Assembly (NCBI GenBank): GCA_026066175.1 | Contig: GCA_026066175.1_4721.1 | Source of the DNA: a phage | Strand: one strand, 5' to 3' | DNA: 64,000 bases | Part shown: one piece after another, positions 60,578 through 64,000 of the stretch | Layout of the letters: every line of letters begins with the position of its first letter | How positions within the stretch are numbered: position 1 is the first letter of the stretch | Notes under the pieces: model-generated | What the model was told of the DNA's origin: nothing | Databases searched by the model: none | The model's input: the letters and a program-made list of their open reading frames with translations, nothing else | Position numbers and translations under genes: made by a program

Positions 60578-62164
60578 TTATTTTTTTCCTCTTAAATTTA
60601 CTACATGTTCATTTAATCGAACAACTAATTGCACAAGCTGCTGACGGATATCTGCTGGGCAAAGCATCAATCCTTTACGATCAGCGGGGACTTTCTCAAG
60701 GATTTCAGGGCCTGCTGCTGAAACATCCCAATCCCATTCACAAAACGCATCGGCTACCATGTTAATACCGACAACCGGTAAAGTTGTACGTTCATCTTCA
60801 TACATGGCATGCGGATACAATTTATTGACGGTAATAATCTCCTGTGGTTTTAATTGGTGGATAATCTGATAAACATCATCACGTTTAACCTGGATGCCTA
60901 CGGTTAATGCGGCCAGTTGAGGGAAACCCCAATGGTCTAACAAGCATGCCGCAATCGCTAACGCTTTTGCCTGATGCACGGCTTCAATCGGTGCCAGACT
61001 TCTCGCCGGAAGATGGCTGTCCAACAACCATTGCGCCAGTGCTCGGCATCCGCGATTGATCGGTTTTAACTCAACGGTATCATCATGCTTCGCGTAGGTG
61101 TATCCGTCGTAACGTTTTGCGATACGCGCATACATGTCTTCAACCTTACCGTACGGTGCGGTTTCATCAACGTCGTGTAACACCCGTTCCATCTGGGTAA
61201 GATAAGCGATATCAAGAATGAGTACACGTGGTGAACGTTTATCTTTCACCATCAGCGCATCAATCACACCTTGGCTATCTTCATCTTGCGCATTCCCTCG
61301 CGGAGTTTTCTCACGTATGGGTCCGCTGAAACGACGTTCCGTACAGAGGTTATTCACATAACTGAAAATCAGCGTCACCAGATGCGTACAACTGACCAAC
61401 ACCCCATCTTTAACGACGGGCTGCACGGCTTGGTCCAAATCACGTACCGCAAGGCGTCTGACGATGGCTTGCGAACGCAACCAACCCGGCACTTTTTCTG
61501 TTGACATGTAATCCACGGTCATCGACAACGTGATCTTTTTATCGCCTGTCTGTGCACGGATATAGTCTTCCAGTCGGTCATAAGCTGCGATATCATGAAT
61601 GCGTGTTTTATACATCAGCGACATCGCCACTTCTTCTTTACGTACTGTCCCGTACGTTTTCCCCGCATCAATCAGGAACTCAGCCCAGATAGGCACCATC
61701 AAACGAACGTAAATCGCTAACGCGGTTAACTCAACATAATCGTTTCGTAAATAGGTTTTCTCTGGGATATCATCCTCGCCTAATGTCGTTTTCATATCCG
61801 GCGGTAATTTTACCCAACCTGGGGTATTACACAACGCCAGAATCTCTTCGTATACAACAGGTTTGTAGATTTCACCAACAGCGCGGCTCAGCTCCTCCAT
61901 TTGTTGTTGTGGCGCAATGTAATTATCCATCGCTTCACGTGCTTTAACGAACCCTTCAAAGATATCATCGGTTCGACGTGGGTTCTTTTGCTCTATCCAG
62001 GCAAGATACTTGTTAATCTCTCGCATCTGATTGCTGGCCATATCCCCATCGATCTTGATATACCCTTGGCCTGAAAATTCCACGGTACGTCCATCACGAT
62101 GTTTGATAAGATAATGGTCTAGCTTTTCTTTGCCTTGCGTCGTAATGACGGGCACAATGTGCAT
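60578..62164 (-). CDS. Hypothetical protein
   Basis: 528-aa ORF; preceded by promoter-like motif copy 3 and AAGAGG. Confidence 0.5.
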   Translation of the reverse strand: MHIVPVITTQGKEKLDHYLIKHRDGRTVEFSGQGYIKIDGDMASNQMREINKYLAWIEQKNPRRTDDIFEGFVKAREAMDNYIAPQQQMEELSRAVGEIYKPVVYEEILALCNTPGWVKLPPDMKTTLGEDDIPEKTYLRNDYVELTALAIYVRLMVPIWAEFLIDAGKTYGTVRKEEVAMSLMYKTRIHDIAAYDRLEDYIRAQTGDKKITLSMTVDYMSTEKVPGWLRSQAIVRRLAVRDLDQAVQPVVKDGVLVSCTHLVTLIFSYVNNLCTERRFSGPIREKTPRGNAQDEDSQGVIDALMVKDKRSPRVLILDIAYLTQMERVLHDVDETAPYGKVEDMYARIAKRYDGYTYAKHDDTVELKPINRGCRALAQWLLDSHLPARSLAPIEAVHQAKALAIAACLLDHWGFPQLAALTVGIQVKRDDVYQIIHQLKPQEIITVNKLYPHAMYEDERTTLPVVGINMVADAFCEWDWDVSAAGPEILEKVPADRKGLMLCPADIRQQLVQLVVRLNEHVVNLRGKK

Positions 62165-62218
62165 AACAACCTCTTTTCGCGGTTCCCTGTTAAACGTTTT
62201 CTATAACGCCATCAAGGA

Positions 62219-62250
62219 GGTAATATAAGCGTGAATAATTTTGGATTCCT
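62219..62250 (-). promoter_or_regulatory. Promoter-like motif, copy 3 (degenerate)
   Basis: AGGAATCCAAAATTATTCACGCTTATATTACC on the minus strand, ~55 nt upstream of start 62164. Confidence 0.35.
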
Positions 62251-62366
62251 GCTGAGTCATCGCTCAGCATGCAAGGCATCCCGCCGAAGCGAGACACCTT
62301 GCACTAACGGAAAATACTCGCGTTACCTTCTGAATCGAAGACCCAGAATGCGATACTAAAGCATCA

Positions 62367-63155
62367 TTAGAATGCTAAGCCATCAAAGGCGATTGACGGA
62401 TCATCATCGTCATTTGCGCTAGGCGCGTCCCAACGCGTGTCAGGGGCTGCTGGAGCCGAACTTGAGGCATTAGAGTTACCGTTGTACTGGCCGTTACCAG
62501 CATTACGGTTACCGCCACCGTTGTTATTGTTACGATTGTAGCTGTTGTTACCATTACTTACGCTACGGCTTTCACCGTCAAAGTTGGTTGCGAGGATGCT
62601 TGGTAACACCGCACGATGAATACGTACGAATTCCAGCGCACAAAGCGGAGAAACAACACCGATCTGCAAAGGTTGTCCAGACTCATCAACCAAAGCGTGG
62701 AAACGCGGTGGTTTGAACACGAATTGGATGTTCGGTTTTTGGTATGCGGTTACCGCGATGTACACCGAACCATCGTCATTCTTACCGACCCACGTTGTGC
62801 TCTCGGTAATCTGCTTTTTCTTACCTGGGTTATTGCGATCATCGATAACCTTTTCGTTCTTCATCGCAAAGCGTTGACCAGGTTTACCCTTAGCAACCTG
62901 CTCAAGGATCGCCAGTAGGTTATAGAACGCGTATGAACTCATACGTGCCCAAATGCTTTCAGCACGACCCTGTTGGTCTTTACGTCCTGTATAAACCGTA
63001 ATACGTGGTTGATTTTTAGCGACGCTAATTTTCAATGATGGAATTGAATTACCGCCCTCAACCTTCTCGTCCGCCCACAGTTTCCAGTTGTTGTCGTCAT
63101 AAGCCGTAGGAATGATATTTCCTTGTGGTTTACTGCCCGAATTCCAATTGCTCAT
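62367..63155 (-). CDS. SSB-like protein (globular N-domain, Asn/Gly-rich linker, acidic C-terminal tip)
   Basis: Linker NGNNSYNRNNNNGGGNRNAGNGQYNGNSNASSS and C-terminal ANDDDDPSIAFDGLAF; architecture-only inference, no OB-fold motif recognised. Confidence 0.3.
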   Translation of the reverse strand: MSNWNSGSKPQGNIIPTAYDDNNWKLWADEKVEGGNSIPSLKISVAKNQPRITVYTGRKDQQGRAESIWARMSSYAFYNLLAILEQVAKGKPGQRFAMKNEKVIDDRNNPGKKKQITESTTWVGKNDDGSVYIAVTAYQKPNIQFVFKPPRFHALVDESGQPLQIGVVSPLCALEFVRIHRAVLPSILATNFDGESRSVSNGNNSYNRNNNNGGGNRNAGNGQYNGNSNASSSAPAAPDTRWDAPSANDDDDPSIAFDGLAF

Positions 63156-63229
63156 TTTCAGCCTCGTTACGTAGTGTGAATCAATTTCTGACTTCAGATG
63201 ATAGTCAATATTAGTTAAAAATTACAGCC

Positions 63230-63931
63230 TCAACGAAACATGTCCAACAGAAAACGTTTCGCAAACGGGTCTCGTAATTGGTTAACGCCGAAGCGGGTAC
63301 GGTCTTCCGTGGTTAACGGATTCCATTGACTTTGTTTCGCAAGGTCTAATAACATCCTTTTTACTTTCACCGGTCCGCTATTGAACTGTACCGCTTGGTC
63401 ACCGAACGTACCCAGGGTCATTTTCGTAAAGGGGAGGTTCGCAACCTCTGGACGATCACCCCCCGTCAGTTTGGTTGACCATTGATGTTTTCGTTTCAAA
63501 GTTCCGGTATGGCTCTCTACCAAAATAAGTTCACCAAAACCGGTTCTTGCTAACAGGTCAGAAACATAATGGGTGGTGATATACGACGTCTTGGTTATCG
63601 TGGGTAATTTACAATCCATTGATTCGATATTCGGAAACTTCTCTACCGACGATAGCAACCCATGATAAAGTGCTGCAAGCCCTTTTTGTTTTTCGGTATG
63701 CGGCTCCTTGTGTATGGCGTGCGGATAAACACGCTTGATCGATGCGTAGGTTGGCGCATAAATCCGTAAACGAATATGCGGGATAACTTCGTTAGCCAGT
63801 TGCCGTAATTGCGACAATTCGTTTTGGAAATCACCAGCAATCATTGACACCGGTAATCGGTGCTGCTCAACATCCTCGTAGCTTTCAACGAAGTTACGTG
63901 CTAACGTACGCAGGTTAAAAAGCCAATCCAT
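63230..63931 (-). CDS. Hypothetical protein
   Basis: 233-aa ORF. Confidence 0.45.
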   Translation of the reverse strand: MDWLFNLRTLARNFVESYEDVEQHRLPVSMIAGDFQNELSQLRQLANEVIPHIRLRIYAPTYASIKRVYPHAIHKEPHTEKQKGLAALYHGLLSSVEKFPNIESMDCKLPTITKTSYITTHYVSDLLARTGFGELILVESHTGTLKRKHQWSTKLTGGDRPEVANLPFTKMTLGTFGDQAVQFNSGPVKVKRMLLDLAKQSQWNPLTTEDRTRFGVNQLRDPFAKRFLLDMFR

Positions 63932-64000
63932 CGGCGTCTCCGGCTGTTGCTGTATTGCCGTGAGTGTTACCGACGTCCCTACCGATAACGGATAATCACC

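Noticed and set aside
62165-62366. tRNA or small plus-strand ORF in the longest intergenic region (a 42-codon GTG-initiated ORF follows AAGGAGGT)
   Set aside because: No cloverleaf-compatible sequence or T-loop-like GTTCGAATC was seen; the apparent ribosome-binding site overlaps promoter-like motif copy 3, and the region is better explained as the 3' UTR and terminator of the SSB-like gene plus the promoter of 60578-62164. Not excluded.

Overview
The window reads as a segment of a large tailed-phage (Caudoviricetes-like) genome: about 90 tightly packed, mostly short genes, almost all on the minus strand, separated by GC-rich stem-loops, with three plus-strand genes (43773-45854, 45949-47403, 57234-57587). 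No rRNA, tRNA, CRISPR array, integrase or transposase was found by reading. Confident calls are an NAD-dependent DNA ligase, a thymidylate synthase (E. coli ThyA-like, with two insertions), a Dam-family adenine methyltransferase split by a frameshift at a 12-nt homopolymer, a SAM methyltransferase, a GNAT acetyltransferase, a DEDDh exonuclease fusion, a metallophosphoesterase, an SNF2-type helicase, an SF2 helicase whose motif I is interrupted by an intein-like insertion, a secreted SleB-like cell-wall hydrolase, and paralogous DUF285-repeat fibre-like proteins. Most other ORFs have no recognisable family. The candidates I consider most likely to be genuinely undescribed are: a tandem array of six paralogous HTH/Myb-like genes (17226-20103), a three-copy promoter-like motif, a terminator family sharing the tail TTTATGCC, a family of small basic proteins with a KKGPxKGK motif, and the homopolymer-switched Dam gene. 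All family assignments are from motif reading only; no database search or computation was run. Starts in the ORF track sometimes use GTG or an upstream in-frame Met, so several starts are re-placed at the first Met with a Shine-Dalgarno sequence.
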